From: Mobula hypostoma
Taxonomy: Eukaryota
DNA length: 64,000 nucleotides
Reading direction: 5' to 3'
Assembly: GCF_963921235.1 (NCBI RefSeq)
Contig: NC_086108.1
Coordinates: 9,734,001 to 9,798,000 of the forward strand
Shown: one piece after another, positions 15,081 to 25,257 of the stretch
Layout: each line of letters opens with the position of its first letter
Position numbering within the stretch: the stretch's first letter is position 1
Notes under the pieces: model-generated
Database searches by the model: none
What the model saw: the letters and a program-made list of their open reading frames with translations, nothing else
Told to the model about the DNA's origin: nothing
Position numbers and translations under genes: made by a program

Positions 15081-17942
15081 AGTCATCACAGAGGGTGAGG
15101 TGGAATCTATATTCATCACAGAGTTTGAGGTAGACTATAGTGATCGCAGAGGGTTTGGTGAACTTTAGTCATCACAGTGGGTGAGGTGGATTTTATCGTC
15201 ATCGCAGAGGGTGAGCTAGGGTCTATAGTCATCGCAGAGTGAGGTGGACTATAGTCTTTGCAGAGGGTGAGGTGGACTATAATCATCGCGGAGTGTGAGA
15301 TGGACAATAGTCATCGCACAAGGTGAGGTGGAGTCTATAGTCTCTGCAGAGGGTGAGGTGGACTATAGGCATCGCAGAGGGTGAGGTGGACTACAGTCAT
15401 CACAGAGGGTGATTTGAAGTCTATAGTCATCACTGAGGGTGAGGTGGACTATAGTCATCACAGAGGGTGAGGTGCAGTCTATAGTTATTGCAGAGGGTGA
15501 GCTGGACTATCGTCTTTGCAGAGAGTGAGGTGGACTATAGACATCACAGAGGGTGAGGTCGAATATAGTCATCACAGAGGGTGAGGTCGAATATAGTCAT
15601 CACAGAGGGTGAGGTGGACTATAGTTATCACAGAGGGTGAGGTGGAGTCTATAATCATTGCAGGGCGTGTGGTGGAGTCTATAGTCATCGTAGAGGGTGA
15701 GGTGAACTGTGATCATCACAGAGGTTGAGGTGGAGTGTATCGTCATCACGGACGGTGAGGTGGAGCCTATAGTCATTGCAGAGGGCGAGGTGGACTAGAG
15801 TCATCGCAGAGGGTGAGGTGGACTATAGTCACCACAGAGGGTGATTTGGAGTCTATAGTCATCACAGAGGGTGAGGTGCAGTCTATAGTCATCGCAGAGG
15901 GTGTGGTGGAGTCTATAGCCATCGTAGAGGGTGAGGTGAACTGTGATCATCACAGAGGTTGAGGTGGAGTCTACAGTCATCACGGAGGGTGAGGTGGACT
16001 ATCGTCTTTGCAGAGGGTGAGGTAGACTATAGTCGTCACAGTGGGTGATGTGGAGTCTATAGTCATCGCAGAGGGTGAGCTGGACTACAGTCTTTGCAGA
16101 TGGTGATGTGGAGTCTATAGTCATCGCAGAGGGCGAGGTGAACTGTGATCATCACGGAGGGTGATGTGGAGTCTATGGTCATCGCAGAGGGCGAGGTGCA
16201 CTGTAGTCATCACAGAGGGTGAGGTGGTCTATAGTCATCACAGAGGGTAGGGTGGACTATAGTCACCACAGAGGGTGAGGTGGACTATAGTCATCACAGA
16301 GGGTGAGGTGGACTATAGGCATCTCAGAGGGTGAGGTTGACTATAGGCATCTCAGAGGGTGAGGTGGACTATAGTCACCACAGAGGGTGAGGTGGAGTCT
16401 GTAGTCTTCACTTAGGGTGAGATGGACCATAGGCATCGCAGAAGTTGACGTTGACTTTAGCCATCACAGAGAGTTTAGTGGACTATTGTCATCAAAGAGG
16501 GTGAGGTGGACTATATCTTTGCAGAGGCTGAGGTGGACTATAGACATCACAGAGGACAAGGTGGTGTCTATAGTCATCACAGAGGGTGAATTGGTGTATA
16601 GTCATCACAGTGGCGAAGTGGAGTCTGTAGTCATTGCCGAGGGTGAGGTGGACTAGAGTCACCACAGCGGGTGAGGCAGAGTCTATAGTCATCGCAGAGG
16701 GTGAGGTGGACTATAGTCATCGCAGAGGGTGAGGTGCAGTCTATAGTCATCGCAGAGGGTGAGGTGGACTATAGGCATTGCAGAGGGTGTGGTGGAGTCT
16801 ACAGTCATTGTAGAGGGTGAGGTGAACTGTGATCATCACGGAGGGTGAGGTGGAGCCTATAGTCATCGCAGAGGGTGAGCTGGACTACAGTCTTTGCAGA
16901 TGGTGATGTGGAGTCTATAGTCATCACAAAGGTTGAGGTGGAGTCTACAGTCATCATGGAGCGTGAGGTGGACTATAGTTTTTGCAGAGGGTGATGTGGG
17001 CTATAGTCACCACAGAGGGTGATGTGGAGTCTATAGTCATCTCAGAGGGTGAGGTGGTCTATAGTCTTTGCAGAGGGTGACATGGACTATAGTCACCACA
17101 GCGGGTGAGGCAGAGTCTATAGTCACCACAGAGGGTGATGTGCAGTCTACAGTTATCTTAGAGGGTGAGGTGGACTATAGTCTTTGCAGAGGGTGAGGTG
17201 GAGTCTATAGTCATCACAGAGGGTGAGGTGGACTATAGTCATCACAGAGGGTGAGGTGGAGTCTGTAGTCTTCACTTAGGGTGAGGTGGACTATAGGCAT
17301 CGCAGAAGTTGACGTTGACTTTAGCCATCACAGAGAGTTTAGTGGACTATTGTCATCAAAGAGGGTGAGGTGGACTATATCTTTGGAGAGGCTGAGGTGG
17401 ACTATAGTCATCACAGAGGACAAGGTGGTGTCTATAGTCATCACAGAGGGTGAATTGGTGTATAGTCATCATAGTGGGAGAAGTGGAGTCTGTAGTCATT
17501 GCCGAGGGTGAGGTGGACTATAGTCATCGCAGAGGATGAGATGGACTATAGTCACCACAGCGGGTGAGGCAGAGTCTATAGCCATCGCAGAGGGTGAGGT
17601 GGAGTCTATCGTCATCACAGAGTGTGAGGTGAAGTCTATCATCATCACAGAGGGTGAGGTGGAGTCTATCGTCATCACAGAGGATGAGGTGGAATATAGT
17701 CATCACAGAGGGTGAGGTGGACTATAGTCATCACAGCGGGTGAGGTGGACTATAGGCATCGCAGAGAGTGAGGTGGGCGATAGTGATCACAGAGGGTGAG
17801 GTGGACTATAGGGATCGCAGAAGTTGAGGTTGACTTTAGCCATCACAGAGGGTTTAGTGGACTATTGTCATCAAAGAGGGAAGGTGAACTATATCTTTGC
17901 AGAGGCGGACGTCGACAGTAGTCATCACAGAGGGTGAATCGG

Positions 17943-18655
17943 TCTATAGTCATCACAGAGGGTGAGGTGGACTATAGACATTACAGTGGGTGAGGTAGAG
18001 TCTATAGTCATCACAGAGGGTGAGGTGGACTATAGACATTACAGTGGGTGAGGTAGAGTCTATAGTCATCACAGAGGGTGAGGTGGACTATAGACATTAC
18101 AGTGGGTGAGGTAGAGTCTATAGTCATCGCAGAGGGTTTGGTGGACTATAGACATTACAGTGGGTGAGGTAGAGTCTATAGTCATCGCAGAGGGTTTGGT
18201 GGACTATAGACATTACAGTGGGTGAGGTAGAGTCTATAGTCATCGCAGAGGTTTTGGTGGACTATAGACATTACAGTGGGTGAGGTAGAGTCTATAGTCA
18301 TCACAGAGGGTGAGGTGGACTATAGACATTACAGTGGGTGAGGTAGAGTCTATAGTCATCACAGAGGGTGAGGTGGACTATAGACATTACAGTGGGTGAG
18401 GTAGAGTCTATAGTCATCACAGAGGGTTTGGTGGACTATAGACATTACAGTGGGTGAGGTAGAGTCTATAGTCATCACAGAGGGTTTGGTGGACTATAGA
18501 CATTACAGTGGGTGAGGTAGAGTCTATAGTCATCACAGAGGGTTTGGTGGACTACAGACATTACAGTGGGTGAGGTAGAGTCTATAGTCATCACAGAGGG
18601 TTTGGTGGACTATAGACATTACAGTGGGTGAGGTAGAGTCTCTAGTCATCGCAGA
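17943..18655. repeat. Homogeneous 58-bp (28+30) dimeric sub-array, about 12 copies
   Basis: ACTATAGACATTACAGTGGGTGAGGTAGAGTC recurs every 58 bp from 17971 to 18609. Confidence 0.95.
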
Positions 18656-19204
18656 GCGTGAGATGGACTATTCTCATCACAGCGGATGGGGTGGGGTCTA
18701 TAGTCATCACAGAGGGTGAGGTGGAGTTTATAGTCATTGCAGAGGGTGAGGTTGAGTATAGTCATCACAGAGGGTGAGGTGGAGTCTATAGTCATCACAG
18801 AGGGTGAGGTGGACTATAGCCATCATAGAGGGTGAGGATGACTATAGTCATCACAGAGGGTGGGGTGGACTATAGTCCTCACAAAGAGAGACGTGGAGTC
18901 TATATTCATCACAGAGGGTGAGGTGGACTATAGTTATCGCAGAGGGTGAGGTGGAGTCTATGGTCATCGCTGAGGGTGGGGTGGACTATAGTCATCACAG
19001 AGGGTGAGGTGGAGTCTATGGTCATCTGAACGATTCAATGAACACTCTGGTTCAAATGAAAACTTACCTGCAACAGCATCACAGACTCATGGTATCAAAT
19101 AAGCAGCACTCAAAAGGAAAACTTAAACATATTGCACACAGATTTTACCAATACTGAAATGGTGTAAAGTGGTCACAGTGTCATTAAACTATGTTAATTT
19201 GAAG

Positions 19205-20250
19205 GAACACACAGAGAAAACACAGGAGGAACTCAGCAGGTCAGGTAACATCTATGGAAATCAATAAACAGTTGACATTTCAGGCCGATACCCTTGTAAA
19301 GGACCGGAGAGGATAGGGGGAGATGCCGGAATAAAAAGGTGGGGGCTGGGGTATGATGCTAGCTGGAAAGTGATAGGCGAGTGGAAAGGTGAAGGGCTGG
19401 AGAGGAAAGAATCTGATAGGGGAGGAGAGTTGCTCAGAGGTGAAAGGAAAGGAGGAATGGATGCAGGGGGAGGTGACAGGCAAATGGGAAGAGGTAAGAG
19501 GCCAGAGTATGGAATAGAAGAATAGAAGAGGGGGAGGGAAGTTTTGTTTTACCAGAAAGAGAATTTAATGTTCATGCCATCAGGTTGGAGGCCACCCAGC
19601 GAGAATATAATGTGTTGCTCCTCCACCTCTCAGGCCAAGATGAGGCCATGGACTGACATGTCGGAATGGGAATGGGAATTAAGATGTATGACCACTGGGA
19701 AGTTCCATTTGTGGTGGTTGGAGTGGAGGTGCTTGGCGAAGCAGTCCCCAGTTTATGACAGGCCTCACCAATGTAGAGGAGGCTGCATTGGGATCACTGG
19801 ACACAGCAGATTGGTCGGTGAAGTGTTGCCTCACCTGGAAGGGTCTGAATGGAGGTGAGGGAGGAGGTGAATGGACAGGTACAGCACTTTGGCTGCTTGC
19901 AGGGATAAGTGCCGGTGGAGGGGGGGGGGGAAGATCATCGTGGAGGAAGAGATCCCTGTAGGAAGTCGAGTAGGTGGGGGGAGGTGGATAGGATCCTTTG
20001 GAGATGATGGAAGTTGTGGAGGATGATGTGTTGGATGTGAAGGCTCATGGGGCGGAAGGTAAGGGCAAGAGGATCTCTATCACTGTTAAGGCAGGAGGAA
20101 GATGGGGTGAGCCAGAAGCTCGGGAAATGGAGGAGGTGCGGGTGAGGATAGCATCAATGAAGGGAAACCCCGTTCATCTCTAATGTCGTGGAAAGGAAAG
20201 TGACATTCTGGGAGCAAATGCACTGAAAAAAGGAAATAGCATTTTCCCTA
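19205..20250 (-). mobile_element. Old, decayed Penelope-like element 3' remnant (C-terminal region, GIY-YIG, 3' UTR)
   Basis: The reverse complement gives fragments matching the PLE protein seen at 21995-22348 (EEQHIIFSLGGLQPDGMNI near 19565-19625, LLYIGE near 19765-19785, FQVRQHF near 19820-19840). A degenerate hammerhead-like region lies near 19270-19305. Boundaries are approximate. Confidence 0.8.
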
Positions 20251-21100
20251 ATGTAATAATTAGAGTTGTAGTGGTTTTATTCAGGAATGAGGGAAGACCC
20301 TGTTCTTGAACTTGCTGGTGTGGAACCTCAGTTGGAACAGGCCGAGGATGGGGTGCAACTTTTTGCTTGTCTGTTTCCCAGATAGTGAAGATCTCATTCC
20401 ACAGGTGAGCTCAGTCTGATCTCTCATCCTCGGCAGAATTATATTTCCAATCAATCCATTCAATGGTTTTAATGAAAATGAAGTGAAATACTTCCTCCAA
20501 CCACAGCTGACTTGATAGAGGCAGACAGAAAATTGCTTGTGATGCTGGTATAAATGAGTAGTAAAGTATTCGTTCGCCTCTCTCTGGCGATTAACTCCCT
20601 AATTGGAAGTAATTTGATTGCAAATGAGATCTCGGTTGACAGGCCATTTTTCAGTCTTTTTTTCCCAGTGACTTGAGGAGTGAATTAGAAAGTGGTTTTA
20701 AATTTTTCTTTTTAAATTAATCAGAGCAGCTTTTGAAGCTTAGTGATCAAGGAAAATTGATTTGGAATAAGCTACCCCGAGTGATCTTGCATGCTTGGCT
20801 GACTGGTTGCGAAACAGGGTCTGCCTTCTTACTCCGGGTATTTGTGCTCAGCGATGTGAACATACGAGACGTGGTTGGTGGTACCCGAAGGATTTCTGCT
20901 GCCTGGGGAATGGAATTAAACTTCATATGAGTCATTCAGTGCCCAAACAGGCCCTTCCGTGCAGACTGTGTTGCCCAGTAAGCTGATCCTATTCAAAAAC
21001 GTAAACACGAGGAATTCTGCAGATGCTGGAAATTCAAGCAACACTTATCAAAGTTGCTGGTGAACGCAGCAGGCCAGGCAGCATCTCGAGGAAGAAGTGC

Positions 21101-21136
21101 AGTCGATGTTTCGGGCCGAGACCCTTCGTCAGGACT
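21101..21136 (-). ncRNA. Minimal type I hammerhead ribozyme motif, variant (GAAACAUC; stem III palindrome lost)
   Basis: Reverse complement is AGTC CTGACGA A GGG TCTCGG CCC GAAAC ATC GACT. Core boxes are intact but a G>A change breaks the ACGU palindrome. Confidence 0.6.
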
Positions 21137-21456
21137 AACTGAAGGAGGAACTAGTAAGAGGATCATGGGCCACCTTCCCCTAGTACCCCATCCGTAATTT
21201 ATTTATATACACACATTCTTTCTCTCTCTCTCCTTTTTCTCCCTCTGTCCCTCTGACTATACCCCTTGCCCATCCTCTGGGTTCCTCCCCCCCTTCCTTC
21301 TCCCTGGGCCTCCTGTCCCATGATCCTCTGATATCTCTTTTGCCAATCACCTGTCCAGCTCTTGGCTCCATCCCTCCCCCTCCTGTCTCCTATCATTTCG
21401 GATCCCCCCCCCTCACCCTCCCACTTTCAAATCTCTTATTAGCTCATTTTTCAGTT

Positions 21457-21492
21457 AGTCCTGACGAAGGGTCTCGGGCCGAAACGTCGACT
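21457..21492 (+). ncRNA. Minimal type I hammerhead ribozyme motif (weakened stem II)
   Basis: AGTC CTGACGA AGGGTCTCGGGCC GAAAC GTC GACT; predicted cleavage after C21488. Confidence 0.7.
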
Positions 21493-21994
21493 GTATCTCT
21501 TCCTAGAGATGCTGCCTGGCCTGCTGTGTTCACGAGCAACTTTGATGTGTGTTGCTGATCCTATTTGCCTGATTTCAATGGTTCAACAGTTCCATTTAAT
21601 ATCAGAGAACGTATACAGTATACAACCTGAAATCCTTACTCTTCACAGACTTCCACGGAACAGAAGAAAAACCCCAGAGAATGAATGACCGAAAAACTTT
21701 AGAACCCCAAAGCACCCCTCCCCCCTCACACACGAGTGGTATTAACCCTCCCCCTCACCCTGTCCCAACTTGTTCCAGCAGAAAGCATCAACCCCTCCCC
21801 CGCCACCGTCCACTGTGCAAGCAGTATCAAAGCCCTTAAAGAGATTATGGTCTAGGCTCGATCAAAAAATACAGCCCATAACGCAGCACTTTGACATGCC
21901 ACAGGCTCTCTCTCTCACCAACAAGGGAGAGAGAGGTACCTCAGTGAGAGGGGAGGCCAACAGCTTGTGTTTCAAAGTTACAGTCTGCAGCATC

Positions 21995-22348
21995 ATTCAG
22001 GGCCCCAGACAGTCCTTCCAGGTGAGGCGACACTTCACCTGTGAGTCGGCTGGGGTGATATACTGCGTCCGGTGCTCTCGATGTGGCCTTCTATATATTG
22101 GAGAGACCCGGCGCAGACTGGGAGACCACTTTGCTGAACACCTACGCTCTGTCCGCCAGAGGAAGCAGGATCTCCCAGTGGTCACACATTTTAATTCCAC
22201 ATCCCATTCCCATTCTGATATGTCTATCCATGGCCTCCTCTACTGTAAAGATGAAGCCACACTCAGGTTGGAGGAACAACACCTTATATTCCGTCTGGGT
22301 AGCCTCCAACCTGACAGCATAAACATCGACTTTTCTAACTTCCACTAA
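21995..22348 (+). pseudogene. PLE GIY-YIG endonuclease domain, reading frame open but with no RT and no native start
   Basis: FTCESAGVIYCVRCSRCGLLYIGETRRRLGDHFAEH...RLEEQHLIFRLGSLQPDSINIDF shows VIY and YIG motifs separated by CxxC, as in PLE endonucleases. The upstream part of ORF 21770-22348 is unrelated flank. Confidence 0.9.
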
Positions 22349-22635
22349 AGCCCCACCTCCCCCTCGTACTCCATCCGTTATTTATTTATATACACACATT
22401 CTTTCTCTCACACTCCTTTTTCTCCCTCTGTCCCTCTGACTATACCCCTTGCCCATCCTCTGGTTCCCCCCCAACTTGTCTTTCTCCCCGGACCTCCTGT
22501 CCCATGATCGTCTCATATCCCCTTTGCCAATCACTTGTCCAGCTCTTGGCTCCATCCATCCCCCTCCTGTCTTCTCCTATCATTTTGGATCTCCCCCTCC
22601 TACTTTCAAATCTTTTACTAACTCTTCCTTCAGTT

Positions 22636-22671
22636 AGTCCTGACGAAGGGTCTCGGCCTGAAACGTCGACT
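22636..22671 (+). ncRNA. Minimal type I hammerhead ribozyme motif
   Basis: AGTC CTGACGA AGGGTCTCGGCCT GAAAC GTC GACT. Stem I is AGTC/GACT, stem II is AGG/CCT (or GGG/CCT with a wobble), and stem III is a loopless palindromic ACGT. Predicted cleavage after C22667. Confidence 0.8.
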
Positions 22672-23395
22672 GTACCTTTTCCTAGAGATGCTGCCTGGCC
22701 TGCTGCATTCACCAGAAACTTTGATGTGTGTTGCTTGAATTTCCAGCATCTGCAGAATTCCTGTTGTTTGCGTTTTTAAAATTCACTACTGCGAAGCCTC
22801 TTCCGGTGATGCCTACACCGAAGAAGTTTAGATCCTCTCTTCGACAGGAGTTCAGTGAAACCATCTCCCACTGCTCCCCATCTGTAATTTCTTCAGCTCT
22901 TCAACTTTATTTCGAGTTCCCTCAACTCGAGAATCGGCAGCAAACTCTCTCCATTGAGAGAGAGAGATTGATTGATTGATTGTTTGAGCTGGACCCAATG
23001 TCTCAATGCTTCAATCCCCTGCCACCCTTCAGTCAGCAACAGCGCTGAAGAATCGGGTCGTCTACAGGGCTGCAGAGCCGTCGAGTCTCCAAGGCTGCTC
23101 CTGTGTAAAGACCTGCTGTCTGAGTGCGGGTGTAGATTACAGACTCAGACAGGACCCCAGCCGCATTGAAAAGGAAAGAACAGCCATTAAAGAGAAGAAT
23201 TTATTTTTCAGATTAATTCAAAGGAGTCACCCTCTGGTTCCGACTTTAGCTCCTCCTCCCTCTGTATCCATGCAGTTGGTCCATATCCTTCAAAGCCTTT
23301 GATTTTGTATCCCAATGCTTTTGTGATCCAGTGCTCCTTCTCTCTCTTGCTCTGTCACTTGTTGCTCCGCGAAGAAGCTGCCTGTGTTCGATTGG

Positions 23396-23425
23396 TCTCT
23401 CTCTCTTTCTCTCTCTCTCTCTCTC
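23396..23425. repeat. (CT)n microsatellite
   Basis: Direct reading. Confidence 0.9.
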
Positions 23426-24348
23426 CAGCTTGCTTGATGCTGCCAGACCGTTAGGTTCTTTCTGGAGTTAGGCTATATAGCAAATACTAGCTTCAACAAC
23501 AGCCAGTCTTCAGACCTGAATGTGGATTGTAGTTTGAATTTAAAATGCAGCTCTAAACAACAGTCTTCTCCGAGTTGCATTTTGGGGTCGAATGCAAACA
23601 CATAAACAGTCAGTTTGACTCAGGTGCCTGCATATGCATGAATGTGGCCCAGAGTCAGTGAGAATTAGCACTCAGTTTGGGTGTCTGGAGAGTGGGTGTG
23701 AAGATGAAGGTGTTTGAAAACTATAGGTAACTCATAGGAAACATTGTAGATACATTGTAACTATAGAATTGTCCTGATGTTACCTTTGATCTTTAGCATA
23801 TAAAAACGTCATGTAATATTGGGTCAGGCAGCCCTCTTCTTCCAAGGGTGTCTCAAATATGATGCCCTGATGCTCATTTTGCTGAATAAGCACTTCTGTA
23901 TCCATTAGCTTCAGTGTCTCTTTGGTGACTTTGTTCACAGTCACAACACAGAGGATGGTGCCAGAGTCTTGGGTCTTGGGCAAGAGCTAATCGACATGAT
24001 TTGTTGATTGGACTCTGTAGTTCACGTTATGATGTGTTTCTGGTTTGTGGCCTGCTCCTTTTTGTCGCCATTTTGATTGGGGCGGGCTGGCTCTTCAGCC
24101 TGCAGTCGACGAATGACAAAGGACTAAATTGAACTGAACTGAGCTAAAGCTAAATGTTCCTGGACTGTTCCAATGACTTTGTGGTTTGATGTTTTATATT
24201 CTGTGCTTCTTGCTCATTTTTGCCATTTCTGTGATTTGTTCTTTTTTTGGGGGCATTGTTTATTTTATGTTTTCTTTGAACAGGTTCCCTGGTGTTTATT
24301 TATTTTGTGGTTGTCTGTGGATTGTATTCTGCAAGCATTCTTTGATAA

Positions 24349-25137
24349 CACTGGACAATAAATTATTTGGATAGTATATGCAGTATTTTCTGTTTATGCT
24401 TGAAGCTGAACACTATTAAAATTTCAGACTACTTGTATCATGTAGGAATTTGGAGAAACAAGAAATTAGCTTTTATTTAATATGATTCATTTAATTGTAT
24501 AATGGTGCTGTTGCTTTGCAAAAGTTCAACTAAGCTAAAAATGTTTTGTTGATGATTTTCAAATGTACTCAGTGTCTGAGGCTTCTCACTTAAGTGTCCA
24601 ACAATAATCAGCCAGCATTGACGGATTCCAGTTGCCCCGATATCATTTCTTCATGGCTGCAATGTCCTGGTGAAACCTTTCACCATACTCATCACTGACA
24701 ACACAAGATTTGCAGGGAAGAAGGCTAAATGGGAATGCAGAAAATGAATCTTTAGTGATAAGTTGCACTTCATGGTTTTGTGTGCTTGAAGCATGTTGTC
24801 AATCAGCTGCACATAGTTTGGTGCTCTGCAGTTGCCAGAAAAACTTTCAACAACATCTTGAATGCCTTCCATGCAATTTTCTCCAGTCCCACTAGAAGTT
24901 CTTCGAATTGCCTGACAATGATGACCTGTTTGATTTGAGGACCAATAAAAAAATGCTTTTCATCATCTTGGTGTCAGTTATTCTGACTTGAATTATGAAT
25001 TGAAATAACAAATATAGGTGATTTAATAAAAATGGTGTGTGATAGGGAAATTTCACGGTGATTTTCATGTTCAACAGCCCGAAATCCATAAGATACACCC
25101 AAAAGTGTTCAGGAAGCAAAATATTTGTTATCTAGTG
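24349..25137 (-). mobile_element. Internally deleted DNA transposon, probably Chapaev3-type (CMC group), with both TIRs
   Basis: Termini CACTGGACAATAAATTATTT and AAAATATTTGTTATCTAGTG are imperfect inverted repeats with CAC...GTG ends, flanked by TAA and TGA. The decayed minus-strand transposase C-terminus reads GPQIKQV...AWKAFK...NLSLKIHFLHSHLAFFPANL..VSDEYGERFHQDIAAM...MLADYCWTL across frameshifts. The superfamily name is from recall of termini and motifs. Confidence 0.8.
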
Positions 25138-25257
25138 TGATAAATGTACTTTGAATTTTAAATCTTTGAATCCATAGAAACCATAGAAACCATAGAAAAA
25201 CTACAGCACAGAAACAGACCTTTTGGCCCTTCTCGGCTGTGCTGAACGATTTTCTGC

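Larger units (their letters stand above)
1..19026. repeat. Minisatellite array A: mixed 28-bp (TATAGTCATCACAGAGGGTGAGGTGGAC) and 30-bp (TATAGTCATCACAGAGGGTGAGGTGGAGTC) monomers, G-rich on the + strand; runs off the window start
   Basis: Continuous tandem monomers read directly from base 1 to ...GGTCATC at 19026, interrupted only at ~14544-15080. Identical short ORFs recur at offsets of 88, 1474, 1558, 1586, 1751 and 3230 bp, showing higher-order structure. Confidence 0.98.
20994..21553. mobile_element. Non-coding PLE-derived cassette with inverted 3' ends and a 12-bp target-site duplication
   Basis: 20994-~21160 is the reverse complement of the PLE 3' end and ~21171-21553 is the forward 3' UTR. 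It is flanked by GCTGATCCTATT at 20982-20993 and 21554-21565. Confidence 0.9.
21995..22777 (+). mobile_element. 5'-truncated Penelope-like retroelement 3' end (GIY-YIG domain, pyrimidine-rich 3' UTR, hammerhead)
   Basis: GIY-YIG translation followed by the same 3' UTR found in the other PLE copies in the window, ending ...GAATTCCTGTTGTTTGCGTTTTT. Confidence 0.92.

Noticed and set aside
430..17706. Short ORFs of the MTIDSTSPSV / LCDDYRLH type
   Set aside because: Direct translations of the satellite, shifting frame with each 28-bp unit.
1..19026. CRISPR-like array (28-30-bp repeats with a palindrome)
   Set aside because: Monomers are directly adjacent with no unique spacers, no cas genes are present, and the context is vertebrate retroelements.
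1..19026. C2H2 zinc-finger or PRDM9-type array (3 x 28 = 84 bp)
   Set aside because: No CxxC...HxxxH or TGEKP linker in any frame, and all frames are frequently stopped.
1..19026. V(D)J recombination signal heptamers (CACAGAG, sometimes CACAGTG) in the monomers
   Set aside because: No ACAAAAACC-like nonamer at 12 or 23 bp and no V, D or J coding segments.
23396..23428. Splice acceptor (pyrimidine tract plus CAG) of a host exon
   Set aside because: The tract is a (CT)n microsatellite, and no recognisable coding exon or supported donor follows.
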